Part shown: piece by piece, positions 46,884-56,652 of the stretch
Position numbering within the stretch: the first letter of the stretch is position 1
How the letters are laid out: each line of letters starts with the position of its first letter
Source: a virus
Taxonomy: Duplodnaviria > Caudoviricetes
DNA: 61,552 nt
Virus record (IMG/VR): IMGVR_UViG_3300029258_003188
Span: 1 to 61,552 of that record
Direction: 5' to 3' (one strand)
The notes under the pieces: model-generated
Told to the model about the DNA's origin: nothing
The model's database searches: none
Seen by the model: only the letters and a program-made list of their open reading frames with translations
Position numbers and translations under genes: made by a program

Positions 46884-48530
46884 ATGATAGAATTAAGTTA
46901 CTGCTTTGATAAAGGCAGGTGGATCATAGCTATTTTTGGGTATGATCCTAAAACGGTGAAGTTTATCAAGGATAATTTCTATCCGGCTTTATTCAAAAAA
47001 GAATACAAATGTTGGTATATTCCCTTCAATATAGATAACTACAAGAAATTATTTAAGAAATTTGGCAATAGCTTGCATATAGATGAACTTTTAATTGAGA
47101 AGGTTAGGCAAGAGAACTCAAAGATTAAGCTCCACGACAAAGAGCAGGTTGAAATAGATGTGCCTGGGTTTGACTTGTGGCCTTTCCAAACTGTAGGTGT
47201 TAAATTCCTACTAGACTCAGGCGGGAGGGCTATACTAGCTGCAGATATGGGTAGCGGAAAGAGTATCCAGACTTTAGCTTATATGTCTATAACTAAACCT
47301 TTTCGAACTCTGATAGTCTGCCCCTCGTCAGTGAAATTCAACTGGAAGCGGGAAATAAATAGGTGGCTGAAAGAACAACCGGTCATAGTCGAAGCTTCTT
47401 CACCAAAAACTGTGAAGGAAGCTAAAGCTGTGCTCAACCACGGCGGTATAATCATAGTAAATTATGAGTCTGTCAAGAAACTAGACACAGGAAGAGTGGA
47501 ACTTCTAGTTTTAGATGAACATCACTTAGTCAAAACTAGGACTGCCAGCAGAACTATAGAAGTTGGCAAAGTAGCAAAGAAAGCGGACCACATAATCTGT
47601 TTGTCGGGTACTCCTATGCCTAATCGCCCAAACGAGTTATTTGGAGTATTAAAAATGATAGATGGGGCTAACTGGTTCAGCTTCGTCAATTATGCTACTA
47701 AGTATTGTGCTGGTCATTATCAATACTTTTATAGAAAGAAGGTATTCAGGTCTGATGGGGCATCTAATCTAGAGGAATTAAAAGAGAAGCTTAAGCCTTA
47801 TATGATTCGCTTCGAGAAAAAGGATGTGCTTAAAGATCTTCCGGAGCTGAGGAGAGATAATCTAGAAGTGCAGCTTGATAACTATGATGACTACAAAGAG
47901 GAAGAAGAGGCTCTAGTTGCTGAAATAAAGAACAGCAAAGACTCTATTTCCAGCATGATCAATCAAGTGAAATCAGATGAAACCATACCTCTACTAGTTA
48001 AAATAGACAGATTACAAGAACTTACAGCTAATCTTAAGGTTAGCCCAGTGTGTAAATGGACTAAAGATTTCTTATCTATATCTGATAATAAACTAGTTAT
48101 CTTTGCTAGGCATATAAGCGTAGTAAACTCTCTCAGAGATGAACTGTCTAAATTTACTCAGGTAGAGGCAATCACAGGAGAAACGCCTGTTCCTGAGAGA
48201 GAGAATCTAATTAACGACTTTATGGCTGATCCTGAGCTTAGGGTTCTAGTGTTATCTAGAGTAGGGACACTCGGGATCAACTTAACTAACGCTTCAACGG
48301 CTGTGTTTATGGAAAGAGATTGGTCTTTAGCTAACGAGGAGCAAGCCGAAGCCAGACTACATCGTCCGGGGCAAGAAAATCCTGTCATGATTTGGTATGC
48401 TTTTGCCCCTGGGACTATAGATGTCAATTTTGCAAACTTGCTCGAAGAAAAGAAGCATGTAATAAACAAAGTTATGAATAGAAACCAATTTTATAGTTTG
48501 CTGGTAACAAGCTTGATTGAAAGGAGTTAA
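46884..48530 (+). CDS. SNF2-family helicase/ATPase (HARP/SMARCAL1-like)
   Basis: WPFQ..GV, LAADMGSGKS, LDEHH, LSGTP..NRP.EL, GINLT, QAEARLHRPGQ. Confidence 0.93.
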   Translation: MIELSYCFDKGRWIIAIFGYDPKTVKFIKDNFYPALFKKEYKCWYIPFNIDNYKKLFKKFGNSLHIDELLIEKVRQENSKIKLHDKEQVEIDVPGFDLWPFQTVGVKFLLDSGGRAILAADMGSGKSIQTLAYMSITKPFRTLIVCPSSVKFNWKREINRWLKEQPVIVEASSPKTVKEAKAVLNHGGIIIVNYESVKKLDTGRVELLVLDEHHLVKTRTASRTIEVGKVAKKADHIICLSGTPMPNRPNELFGVLKMIDGANWFSFVNYATKYCAGHYQYFYRKKVFRSDGASNLEELKEKLKPYMIRFEKKDVLKDLPELRRDNLEVQLDNYDDYKEEEEALVAEIKNSKDSISSMINQVKSDETIPLLVKIDRLQELTANLKVSPVCKWTKDFLSISDNKLVIFARHISVVNSLRDELSKFTQVEAITGETPVPERENLINDFMADPELRVLVLSRVGTLGINLTNASTAVFMERDWSLANEEQAEARLHRPGQENPVMIWYAFAPGTIDVNFANLLEEKKHVINKVMNRNQFYSLLVTSLIERS

Positions 48531-48535
48531 ACAAC

Positions 48536-49645
48536 TTGTTAAGCTTCGATGAAACTTCGTTAGAGAGTTACTTCAAAGAATTGCACGACTTACCTTTATT
48601 ATCACCAGAAGAAGAAAAAGAGGTATCATCTAGTTTAGATGAACTCAAAACCGATGCTTTGTTTCTACTATCTCAAGATGATTTGCTCAGAAGGATGTTG
48701 TTTATGCCTAGAGAGCTAGGTGGGGTCTTTTCTGGGCATGATACAATTGAAGATATATTTGAGATCTCTCAGGCTGAAGAGTCCAGGGAGTATAAGGTGA
48801 CTAAAGTTAGAAGGTCACTTTATCGCTTGCTTAAGATAGAGCCTGGAAATGGTGTAAGGGCTTTATCTAAGCTTCCGTTTAGGTGGGAAGTTGTAGAAAG
48901 TCTGCTCCAGAAATACTGCAGTTACGGGCCAAGGCCCCAGTTAGCTCAGCTTCTGTACAACAAGATACTGGAAACTAGGGATAAATTTATAACCTCTAAC
49001 CTAAGACTAGTCATTGAAATGATCAAGAGGCTAGGGATTAATCCTAATGGAGCAATCCCTTGGGAAGACTTGATTCAAGAGGGGAATATCGGTTTGATGA
49101 AAGCCGTCTCTAAGTATGATCCTAGTCGAGGATTTAGGTTCTCTACATATGCTTGCTGGTGGATAACACAATCTGTTATAAGGGCTATAGCTGACAAAGG
49201 ACGGTTAATTAGGCTTCCAGTTCACACTCAAAGCAAGGAGCTACGAGATAGTAATAAGATGCCTGTTCAGATACTAATGCCACTAGACCGACCGGTTTAC
49301 AGTGATGAGGATGGAGAAATGTGTCTAGCTGATGTACTGCCTCAAAAGTCAAACCAGGATGATATCACTTGCCTAGCAGAAATAAATGAGACATTGCTCA
49401 ACTGCTTAACTAGATTTTCTCCTAGAGAGGAGAAAATAATCAGGATGTACTATGGTTTAGATGGTAAGCTATATACACTAGAGCAGATCGGAGTTATCTT
49501 TGGTGTAACCAGAGAAAGGATAAGGCAAATAAGGGATAGACTACTTCAATTGATGAGGTCCAACGAAGATCTAGATAATCTTAAGACAGATATAAGTGAT
49601 GATCTGGATCCATTGGAATCAATGTTTACTTACATTCCAGAATAA
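48536..49645 (+). CDS. Sigma70-family factor (RpoD/RpoS-like)
   Basis: Region 1.2 LESYFKEL; 2.1 NLRLV; 2.2 DLIQEGNIGLMKAV; 2.3 RFSTYACWWI; 4.2 TLEQIG.IFGVTRERIRQI. Confidence 0.93.
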   Translation: MLSFDETSLESYFKELHDLPLLSPEEEKEVSSSLDELKTDALFLLSQDDLLRRMLFMPRELGGVFSGHDTIEDIFEISQAEESREYKVTKVRRSLYRLLKIEPGNGVRALSKLPFRWEVVESLLQKYCSYGPRPQLAQLLYNKILETRDKFITSNLRLVIEMIKRLGINPNGAIPWEDLIQEGNIGLMKAVSKYDPSRGFRFSTYACWWITQSVIRAIADKGRLIRLPVHTQSKELRDSNKMPVQILMPLDRPVYSDEDGEMCLADVLPQKSNQDDITCLAEINETLLNCLTRFSPREEKIIRMYYGLDGKLYTLEQIGVIFGVTRERIRQIRDRLLQLMRSNEDLDNLKTDISDDLDPLESMFTYIPE

Positions 49646-49667
49646 ATCAAAAAGGAAGGGAGGGGAA

Positions 49668-50477
49668 ATGTGTAAATTTTTCAGTTGTGACTCAGATGGT
49701 GATGGGAATTTACTATATTTTGATTGGGAGTTGAGAAAAAAGATATTGTCTGGGGAGATAAAGCAGTACGAACCAGACAGCCATACCTCAATAGCTCACT
49801 GGTTTGGGTTCGAGGGTGAGGAAGAGGATGTACTAAATAAATACGAATACAATCCCTTGACGAAGAAGTTTGTAATAGATCAGCTTAATGATACTATGGA
49901 TGATTCTATCATAGTAAAAGAGAAGCTGGATAATTTTGATTGGAAAACAATTGTAGAGCCGTTAATCATTAAGCCAATTATTCATCCATTCGAGATGGAT
50001 GCACCCGAAATTACTCCAGAAATAGTTGATTTAGTAAAAAAGTGGGCTTCGGTCAGGGATTCGATCAGGTATTCGGTCTGGCATTCGGTTGGGGCTTCGG
50101 TCAAGGCTTCGACCAGGGATTCGGTCGGGCATTCGGTCAAGGCTTCGATCAGGAATTCGGTCGGGGATTCGGTATGGGCTTCGGCCTGGGATTCGGTCTG
50201 GCATTCGGTTTGGAATTCGGTCGGGGAGTCGGTCTGGTATTCGGTCGGGGTTCCGGCCCGGAAGTCGATCAGGCATTCGGTTTGGAATTCGGTCGGGGAT
50301 TCGACCGGGAATTCGATCGGGGCTTACTTTTCATCTTTCTTTGATATTGATTACAAACACGATCTGTCTCCTGCAATCAAATTGTGGGAAATGGGATTAG
50401 TTCCGTCCTACGACGGGGAAGTATGGAGGCTGCACGGTAAGCCAAACGGTAAGGTATTATGGGAAGGGACAATCTAA
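49668..50477 (+). CDS. Tetrapeptide (xSVW/G/R) repeat protein, paralogue A
   Basis: 23 units of 12 nt at 50046-50321; start at MCKFF (GGGAGG RBS). Confidence 0.8.
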   Translation: MCKFFSCDSDGDGNLLYFDWELRKKILSGEIKQYEPDSHTSIAHWFGFEGEEEDVLNKYEYNPLTKKFVIDQLNDTMDDSIIVKEKLDNFDWKTIVEPLIIKPIIHPFEMDAPEITPEIVDLVKKWASVRDSIRYSVWHSVGASVKASTRDSVGHSVKASIRNSVGDSVWASAWDSVWHSVWNSVGESVWYSVGVPARKSIRHSVWNSVGDSTGNSIGAYFSSFFDIDYKHDLSPAIKLWEMGLVPSYDGEVWRLHGKPNGKVLWEGTI

Positions 50478-50498
50478 ACAAAAGAGGGGGGAGTAACT

Positions 50499-51053
50499 AT
50501 GGAAAGCATGGATTTGAAAACAGAGTTGGTCAATGGGATTATTTCTAATGACATCAAAAATGATGTATTACAAAGTAACCTAGAGATAGACCCAGACTTC
50601 GTCTATAAACTAGCTTTCTATGTCAGGTCTGTTTACAAAGACATTGACTCAGCAATTATGCTCCTGGCTTACTGCGCTCATAATGAAAAAGCTAAAACAA
50701 AACTGAGACGCTGGATGAGTAAAATCATTCAAAGCCCAGAAGAGGTGGTAGATTTAATGTCTGTTTACTTAGACACTTTTGGAAAACCAATACCAAATTC
50801 TCTCAAGAGAGGTTTAGCTGACGTGCTGTCAAACTTTTGGCATTTCCCCCATTATTCTAATAATGGAGTGAGTTACAAGACTGTACTAAAGCTAATCCAC
50901 CCGAAACCGCTCAACGAAACAAGAGCGGTAACTTACAAGTGTATATTGGATAACAAGCTCGACAAATCATTCAAGTCAAAGAAGAAATCTAGGCCAATAC
51001 CCAGTGGTGTAAACGTTCCTAAACTAGTTAGTATAGTTAATGACTATCTGTGA
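50499..51053 (+). CDS. Truncated TROVE (Ro60/Rsr-like) domain protein
   Basis: DPDFVYKLAFYVR, KPIPNSLKRGLAD and VLKLIHPKP motifs; no vWA domain. Confidence 0.75.
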   Translation: MESMDLKTELVNGIISNDIKNDVLQSNLEIDPDFVYKLAFYVRSVYKDIDSAIMLLAYCAHNEKAKTKLRRWMSKIIQSPEEVVDLMSVYLDTFGKPIPNSLKRGLADVLSNFWHFPHYSNNGVSYKTVLKLIHPKPLNETRAVTYKCILDNKLDKSFKSKKKSRPIPSGVNVPKLVSIVNDYL

Positions 51054-51065
51054 ATCTGGTATAAG

Positions 51066-51197
51066 TAAAATGAACCGCATATTATTTCGTTCGTAGTGGA
51101 GAGGGAACCTAATTTCCCTCCGGGTTTCCCAAGTTATATACTCGAACGGAGGAATATGCAAAAATGCCTGAGGTACTAATCTCAGGCATTTTTTTTG
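51066..51197 (+). ncRNA. Candidate structured RNA downstream of the TROVE gene
   Basis: TGGTATAAG at 51057; closing stem GCATATT..TTCGTTCG/CGAACGGA..AATATGC; terminator AAAAATGCCTGAG/CTCAGGCATTTTT. Confidence 0.6.
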
Positions 51198-51236
51198 TTA
51201 GTCATCTAAATTAACTCTAATTATAGGAGGATATCT

Positions 51237-51536
51237 ATGGACGTTTTAGTACCTCAATCTAATAAAGTTTTAGAGTACCTAGGTAAAGCTATAGAGGAAC
51301 TAGGTAATCTAAAAGTAACAGGAAAGAGTAAGAAGATAGGAGGAATACTCCTAATCAAGCTCAACGAGATTAGAGATAGTGTTGAATGGCTGGTTAATAA
51401 CACGATGGAACTAGTCAAAGTACAAGATAAACAGCAACTGGAGGTGGTGAATGAAGATAGCAATAGTGGGCTCCAGAAGAAGGAAGACCAAGAAAGACAA
51501 GGAGATAGTGAGACACGTGATAATGAGCTATCCTAG
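51237..51536 (+). CDS. Hypothetical protein
   Basis: AGGAGG RBS. Confidence 0.6.
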   Translation: MDVLVPQSNKVLEYLGKAIEELGNLKVTGKSKKIGGILLIKLNEIRDSVEWLVNNTMELVKVQDKQQLEVVNEDSNSGLQKKEDQERQGDSETRDNELS

Positions 51537-51810
51537 TGCAATTATTGTGAGTGGAGGTTGTGCTTCAGGGGCAGACAATTTTGCTAAGATTATCTGTACA
51601 GAGTTAGATCGTGAGATAGTAGAATTTCTACCAGACCTATCTAGTTGCAGTAGCTACCAAGAAGCAACCAAAGCTTATTACACTAGGAATAAGCAAATAG
51701 CCGAAAACGCAGATACAGTCTATGCCCTAGTGTCAGAAGATAGAACTGGAGGAACTGAAAATACAATCAAGCACGCAGTCACGCTAAAAAAGAAGGTAGT
51801 TATACTATAA
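51451..51810 (+). CDS. SLOG-superfamily (DprA/YspA-like) protein
   Basis: MKIAIVGSR, IVSGGC.SGAD, RNKQI, GGTENTI. Confidence 0.8.
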   Translation: MKIAIVGSRRRKTKKDKEIVRHVIMSYPSAIIVSGGCASGADNFAKIICTELDREIVEFLPDLSSCSSYQEATKAYYTRNKQIAENADTVYALVSEDRTGGTENTIKHAVTLKKKVVIL

Positions 51811-51913
51811 ATAAGGGATAGGGATAGGTGAAATCAAAATAATTATCAATCATATTATACGCTGTAATGAATATTGAATAGTACATAGACAATACTTATT
51901 AGGAGGGAGAGAA

Positions 51914-52958
51914 ATGGAAATAAGAAATAGATTTACCAATGAAATTATCGTAGAAGGAAAAGATTTGCAAGATTGTATTAAGAAAAGAAAAGACTTGAGG
52001 GGTGCATTCTTGGGGGGTACATTCTTGATGGATGCATACTTGAGGGACGCAAACTTGAGGGATGCATACTTGAGGGGTGCAAACTTGGGGGGCGCAGACT
52101 TGAGGGGCTCAGACTTGAGGGGTGCATTCTTGCTGGACGCAGACTTGAGGGGTGCATTCTTGAGGGGTGCATTCTTGAGGGATGCATACTTGAGGGGCGC
52201 AAACTTGGGGGGCGCAGACTTGAGGGGCTCAGACTTGAGGGGTACATTCTTGAGGGATGCATACTTGAGGGGTGCAAACTTGGGGGGCGCAGACTTGAGG
52301 GGCTCAGACTTGAGGGGTACATTCTTGAGGGACGCCTACTTAAGGGACGCAAACTTGGGGGGCTCAGACTTGGGGGACGCATACTTGAGGGGCGCAGATT
52401 TGAGGGGCTCAGACTTGAGGGGTGCAAACTTGAGGGACGCAGACTTGAGGGACGCAAACTTGGGGGGCTCAGACTTGAGGGGACGCAGACTTGAGGGGTG
52501 CATTCTTGAGGGGTGTGTACTTGAGGGGTGCAAACTTGGGGGGGCGCAGACTTGAGGGACGCAGAAATCTTTTTTCAACCTGATCTTTATATACTTAAAT
52601 CCCTTTGGGGGCAAACTCACTGTTTGGAAATATACGGTTGGCGACAAGACACCCTATCAAACTGCGGTTTATGAGGTTGGTAAGGATTATAAAGAAGATG
52701 AGCTTGATACCAATGAGCTTGAAGCGTGTGGTCAGGGGTTAAATGTGGCTACCTTACGATGGTGCTGGCAAGATTCTAATGGCAAAGATAGTGTAAAATT
52801 CTTGAAGTGTGAGATTTGAGGTAAACTCTCCCGATGATATTGTAATTCCTCTCAATACCGAGGGTAAATTCAGGGTAAAGAAACTGAAAGTGATTGCTGA
52901 ACATACAAGAGAAGATGTTGAGAAGATGCTGCTGGGGTATTCAAACCCAAGGAGATAA
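51914..52958 (+). pseudogene. Pentapeptide-repeat protein with C-terminal domain, broken by about four single-base insertions
   Basis: 15-nt repeats encoding A(D/N/Y/F)LRG; extra bases near 52480, 52541, 52605 and 52815; removing them restores QPDLYILKS..KLTVWKY..YEVGKDY..CGQGLNVAT..IVIPLNTEGKFRVKKL. Confidence 0.75.
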
Positions 52959-52960
52959 AA

Positions 52961-53131
52961 ATGAATAAAAAACGATTTGTAGAGATTAAAGAGCATATCC
53001 AAAGGTGTAAATCCTGTGTTGGCCTAGATATTCCTCAAGATGAACTTGTCCGTCTTATATCTATCGCCGAGGAACTTCTTGTCGAAGTAAAAAACCGGGA
53101 AGAAGAAATGGGAACCTGGGTTACTTTATAA
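52961..53131 (+). CDS. 56-aa hypothetical protein
   Basis: AAGGAG RBS then ATG. Confidence 0.5.
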   Translation: MNKKRFVEIKEHIQRCKSCVGLDIPQDELVRLISIAEELLVEVKNREEEMGTWVTL

Positions 53132-53217
53132 GCGTTATTATTGGAAGAAAGGGGGATGATGAAACTTGGAACGCAGATTAAGTTAGCTGATGGAAGGGTA
53201 GGAACAAAGGAGGATTT

Positions 53218-53664
53218 ATGACAGAAAAAATAATTAATGAGTCGAGGATAGAAGGCGATTTGATCTTTGATGGGAAGATAATATTTGTCAATGATTGCTA
53301 TGTGACAGGTAATGTCAAGGCAGGAAGGGGGATCGAGGCAAGAGAGTGGATCGAGGCGGGAGAGGCGATCTGGGCGGGAGGGGGAATCGAAGCGGAATGG
53401 GTTTTTAGTTTTACTTTTTCCGTTTCCGCGAAAACCATTACTACCAAATTCCTCCCGTTCTGGCGTAATTATTGGGCGGAAATGCCTCCGTTGAAGAAGT
53501 GGAGAGAGGACATTATGAATGACGAAAAGTGTTGGGGTGATTATCCAAAGATGCTGACAAAGAAGGAGAAAGAGGAAATCTGTGCTTGGGACGGCTGGCA
53601 CTGGATTTTGCGAGCACAGCTGGAAATGTATCTAGGGTTAAAGAAAGAGCACGTTATACAATAG
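53218..53664 (+). CDS. Protein with short hexapeptide (IEAGxx) beta-helix repeats
   Basis: VKAGRG-IEAREW-IEAGEA-IWAGGG-IEAEW. Confidence 0.7.
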   Translation: MTEKIINESRIEGDLIFDGKIIFVNDCYVTGNVKAGRGIEAREWIEAGEAIWAGGGIEAEWVFSFTFSVSAKTITTKFLPFWRNYWAEMPPLKKWREDIMNDEKCWGDYPKMLTKKEKEEICAWDGWHWILRAQLEMYLGLKKEHVIQ

Positions 53665-53674
53665 AGAGTAAAAG

Positions 53675-54394
53675 ATGGAAGGAGAAAACATGACAGGAGA
53701 AAAATTTGAAAAAATAGTTAAGGCCAGGGCCGAACAGCAAGTCCAAAAAAAGATCAGGGAGTTTAAGAAAAAGTGCTGCGCTGCCGCCAACGAGCTATAT
53801 CGTCTTCATGCAGATGCGATTCATTTTAAAGAATATCCCGAAAAGTGGAAGGTGTTCTTTTTCATACTGGCGAGCACAAACAACACCAAGGGCTGGCCCA
53901 AAGAATTGTGGGAAGATGAGGAGGATCTTGTTACAAACGAACTTCTTGGCACCCTTCCGACCAGGACAGAATCCCCGGTGACTCCCTCCCCGGAGAGCTT
54001 CATCACAGACGAAGAAATTGAGAAGGGAAAAGAGAGAGACAAAAAGGAAGGATTTGTTAAGAAAGCAGATCACTATTTAGATACTCAAACTAGCTTGCAG
54101 TGGTCACTTGAAAATGCTGGACCCATGGACTGGGATAAAGCTATGGCCTATGCTCAGTCGCTGGGGAACGGTTGGAGACTCCCCAGTATTGAGGAACTGA
54201 GAAAAATAAGAGACGGAAAATTACATGATCCGGTAACTCTGTTGCCGGGCATGTTGTCTAAGTGTTACTGGTCGGGTACCACGAACGCAGACAGTACCGA
54301 CTATGCCTGGAGCGTGTACTTCTACTACAGCAGTGCGCTCAACCCTAAGTCATACGACTATTACGTCCGTTGCGTTCGTGACGGAGGGGAGTAG
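53675..54394 (+). CDS. Protein with C-terminal DUF1566/Lcl (C-type lectin fold) domain
   Basis: DTQTSLQW, WDKAMAYA, WRLPSIEEL, YWSGT..AWSVYF..YVRCVR. Confidence 0.85.
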   Translation: MEGENMTGEKFEKIVKARAEQQVQKKIREFKKKCCAAANELYRLHADAIHFKEYPEKWKVFFFILASTNNTKGWPKELWEDEEDLVTNELLGTLPTRTESPVTPSPESFITDEEIEKGKERDKKEGFVKKADHYLDTQTSLQWSLENAGPMDWDKAMAYAQSLGNGWRLPSIEELRKIRDGKLHDPVTLLPGMLSKCYWSGTTNADSTDYAWSVYFYYSSALNPKSYDYYVRCVRDGGE

Positions 54395-54508
54395 ATACAC
54401 TACAATATCTGGTGATGATCCGGGCAAACCAACCGCACCCCCCGGAAAGATGTTTGCGGCTGTTTAATATACCAATGCCGGAACTAAGGAATCTTATTAA
54501 AAGGAGGA

Positions 54509-55312
54509 ATGAAAATGTGTAAATTTTTCAGCTGTAATTCAGATGGTGGTGGAGAGCTGTTCTATTTTAATTGGGAGCTTCGCAAGAAGATGCTGTCTGG
54601 TGAGATAAAAAATTACGAACCGGACTCCCACACGTCCATAGCTGACTACTTCGGTTACAAAGGGGAAAAGGAAGACTCGATGAACAAATACGAATACAAC
54701 CCCCTGACTGGTAAGTTTGTGATTGATCAACTAAACACCACTGACGATAATAGGATTGTTCAAAAGCAACTAGATAATTTTGATTGGAAAACAATTGTAG
54801 AGCCGTTAATCATTAAGCCAATTATTCATCCATTCGAGATGGATGCACCCGAAATTACTCCAGAAATAGTTGATTTAGTAAAAAAGTGGGCTTCGGTCAG
54901 GGATTCGACCAGGAATTCGGCCAAGGCTTCGGTCAGGGATTCGACCAGGAATTCGGCCTGGGCTTCGGTTTGGGATTCGGTCTGGAATTCGGTCGGGGAT
55001 TCGGTCGGGGATTCGGTCTGGCATTCGATCAGGGATTCGGTCGGGGATTCGGTCTGGCATTCGATCAGGGTCTCTGCCTGGGCTTCGGTCTGGAATGCGG
55101 TTTGGGATTCGGTCTGGCATTCGGTTTGGGATTCGGTCTGGTATTCGGTCAGGGCTTACTTTTCATCTTTCTTTGATATTGATTACGGATATGATTTCTC
55201 CCCGGTGGTTAGATTGTGGGAGATAGGATTGGTTTCATCTTTTGATGGGAAGCTATGGAGATTGCATGGTAAGCCAAACGGTAAGGTATTATGGGAAGGA
55301 AACTTAACTTAG
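54509..55312 (+). CDS. Tetrapeptide repeat protein, paralogue B
   Basis: 22 units at 54890-55153; 136 nt (54773-54908) identical to 49929-50064. Confidence 0.8.
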   Translation: MKMCKFFSCNSDGGGELFYFNWELRKKMLSGEIKNYEPDSHTSIADYFGYKGEKEDSMNKYEYNPLTGKFVIDQLNTTDDNRIVQKQLDNFDWKTIVEPLIIKPIIHPFEMDAPEITPEIVDLVKKWASVRDSTRNSAKASVRDSTRNSAWASVWDSVWNSVGDSVGDSVWHSIRDSVGDSVWHSIRVSAWASVWNAVWDSVWHSVWDSVWYSVRAYFSSFFDIDYGYDFSPVVRLWEIGLVSSFDGKLWRLHGKPNGKVLWEGNLT

Positions 55313-55375
55313 GGGAACTGGGTGATTGGTCTTTCAGCTAGTAGAAGTTTGGTCTAACTAAAAAAGGAGAGTAAC

Positions 55376-55702
55376 ATGAAAAAGCTTTATAACGTGAGCG
55401 TAAGCATAGAAGCTAAACTTACTAGGATTTGGGAGCTTAACCAAATGGTAGAAGATGACCTTGATGTTGCTTTAATGAAAACGGATCTTGGAAACTACAG
55501 TACAGTTGATTTTACCGTAGACATAATCGACACTGACGAGGGAATTAGTGTTAACGGAAACGTCAACGTGTATGATATCCCTGCTGAGTCTAGGGATGAA
55601 GCTGAAGTAATGGTCTACCAGCTCCTAAAAAAAGCCGGTATTAATATTGGTCCTGGTGGTTTACTAGTTATAGAAAAAAGTGAGGATAACAAGGATGAGT
55701 AG
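55376..55702 (+). CDS. Hypothetical protein
   Basis: AAGGAG RBS. Confidence 0.65.
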   Translation: MKKLYNVSVSIEAKLTRIWELNQMVEDDLDVALMKTDLGNYSTVDFTVDIIDTDEGISVNGNVNVYDIPAESRDEAEVMVYQLLKKAGINIGPGGLLVIEKSEDNKDE

Positions 55703-55704
55703 TT

Positions 55705-56091
55705 ATGGCTAAACAATTGAAAAACGTCGACGTGTATGCTATCCCAGAGGAACTAGATGAGATGGAGCAAATGATTTTCTTAAATGGGAAGATACCTCTT
55801 GTAGATTATGTAAGAATAGTTATTAACGATGCGGTAGCTAATCTACCTTATGATGATTACGTGCTATTTGTTAAGTCACTGTTTCTGGCTTTGAGCAGGA
55901 ACAAAGCTAAGAGACCTGAACAGTCAAAGAGAAGAATGATTGCGGATTTACAAATGATAACAGGAATAGCTTTAAAGAAGATACAGCATAACAAAAGAAA
56001 ACTTTTTCCTAAGACAGAGGGCATAACTATGGACGACCTTGTTGATTTTACCGCAGACATAATTGACACTTTGGAGTCCTTCAATATTTAA
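55705..56091 (+). CDS. Hypothetical protein with KLFP motif
   Basis: KRKLFPK. Confidence 0.65.
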   Translation: MAKQLKNVDVYAIPEELDEMEQMIFLNGKIPLVDYVRIVINDAVANLPYDDYVLFVKSLFLALSRNKAKRPEQSKRRMIADLQMITGIALKKIQHNKRKLFPKTEGITMDDLVDFTADIIDTLESFNI

Positions 56092-56118
56092 ATAAGTTGT
56101 AAACAGGGGGGTACTAGA

Positions 56119-56466
56119 ATGTACAATGTAATTTCGGGAGAGGTTTTTGAATTTAAATACGACGATGTCTTCAAAATGACTATTACCCTTTTTGGTCGGC
56201 AGGGAGACAGAATACCGACAGAGTCATTGGTAGAAAAACTACTTAGCACTTGTATGTTGTGTGAAAATGTTAAAGATAGTATCAGGGAGTTAAGCTTGCT
56301 GGACTTAGCTTATTGGCTGCACCATAATGAATTTCCTAGATGGGCGGCTGCACATGACAAAGAACTATTTCCCACAAGAGAAATTGTACGTAAAGCCTTG
56401 AAAGCCATTGTATCTGCCGAAAATGATCAGAAGTTATTCCCTCTAGAACTCTACTTTGATGGGTAG
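56119..56466 (+). CDS. Hypothetical protein with KLFP motif
   Basis: DKELFPT and DQKLFPLEL. Confidence 0.65.
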   Translation: MYNVISGEVFEFKYDDVFKMTITLFGRQGDRIPTESLVEKLLSTCMLCENVKDSIRELSLLDLAYWLHHNEFPRWAAAHDKELFPTREIVRKALKAIVSAENDQKLFPLELYFDG

Positions 56467-56652
56467 AAACTAGTAAAAGGTGGTACTAGTGGATTACAAA
56501 GAAATAGAAGACTCAATTTCCAAGGAAACTAACTATGGAGGGAATATAGGATGAGATCAGCATATCAAGCTTGTTATTTAGCTTTGGTATAGTTTTTGCT
56601 GTGAGTAAATACCTAGCAAACTAGTTGAAGGAAATACAAAAGGGAGGTAAAA

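Noticed and set aside
50031-50400. Alternative-frame ORFs (GFGQGF, PDRI and RSGI repeats), also at 54875-55176 and 51978-52647
   Set aside because: Shadows of stop-free 12-nt and 15-nt tandem repeats; the frame with an RBS and unique flanks is the real one.
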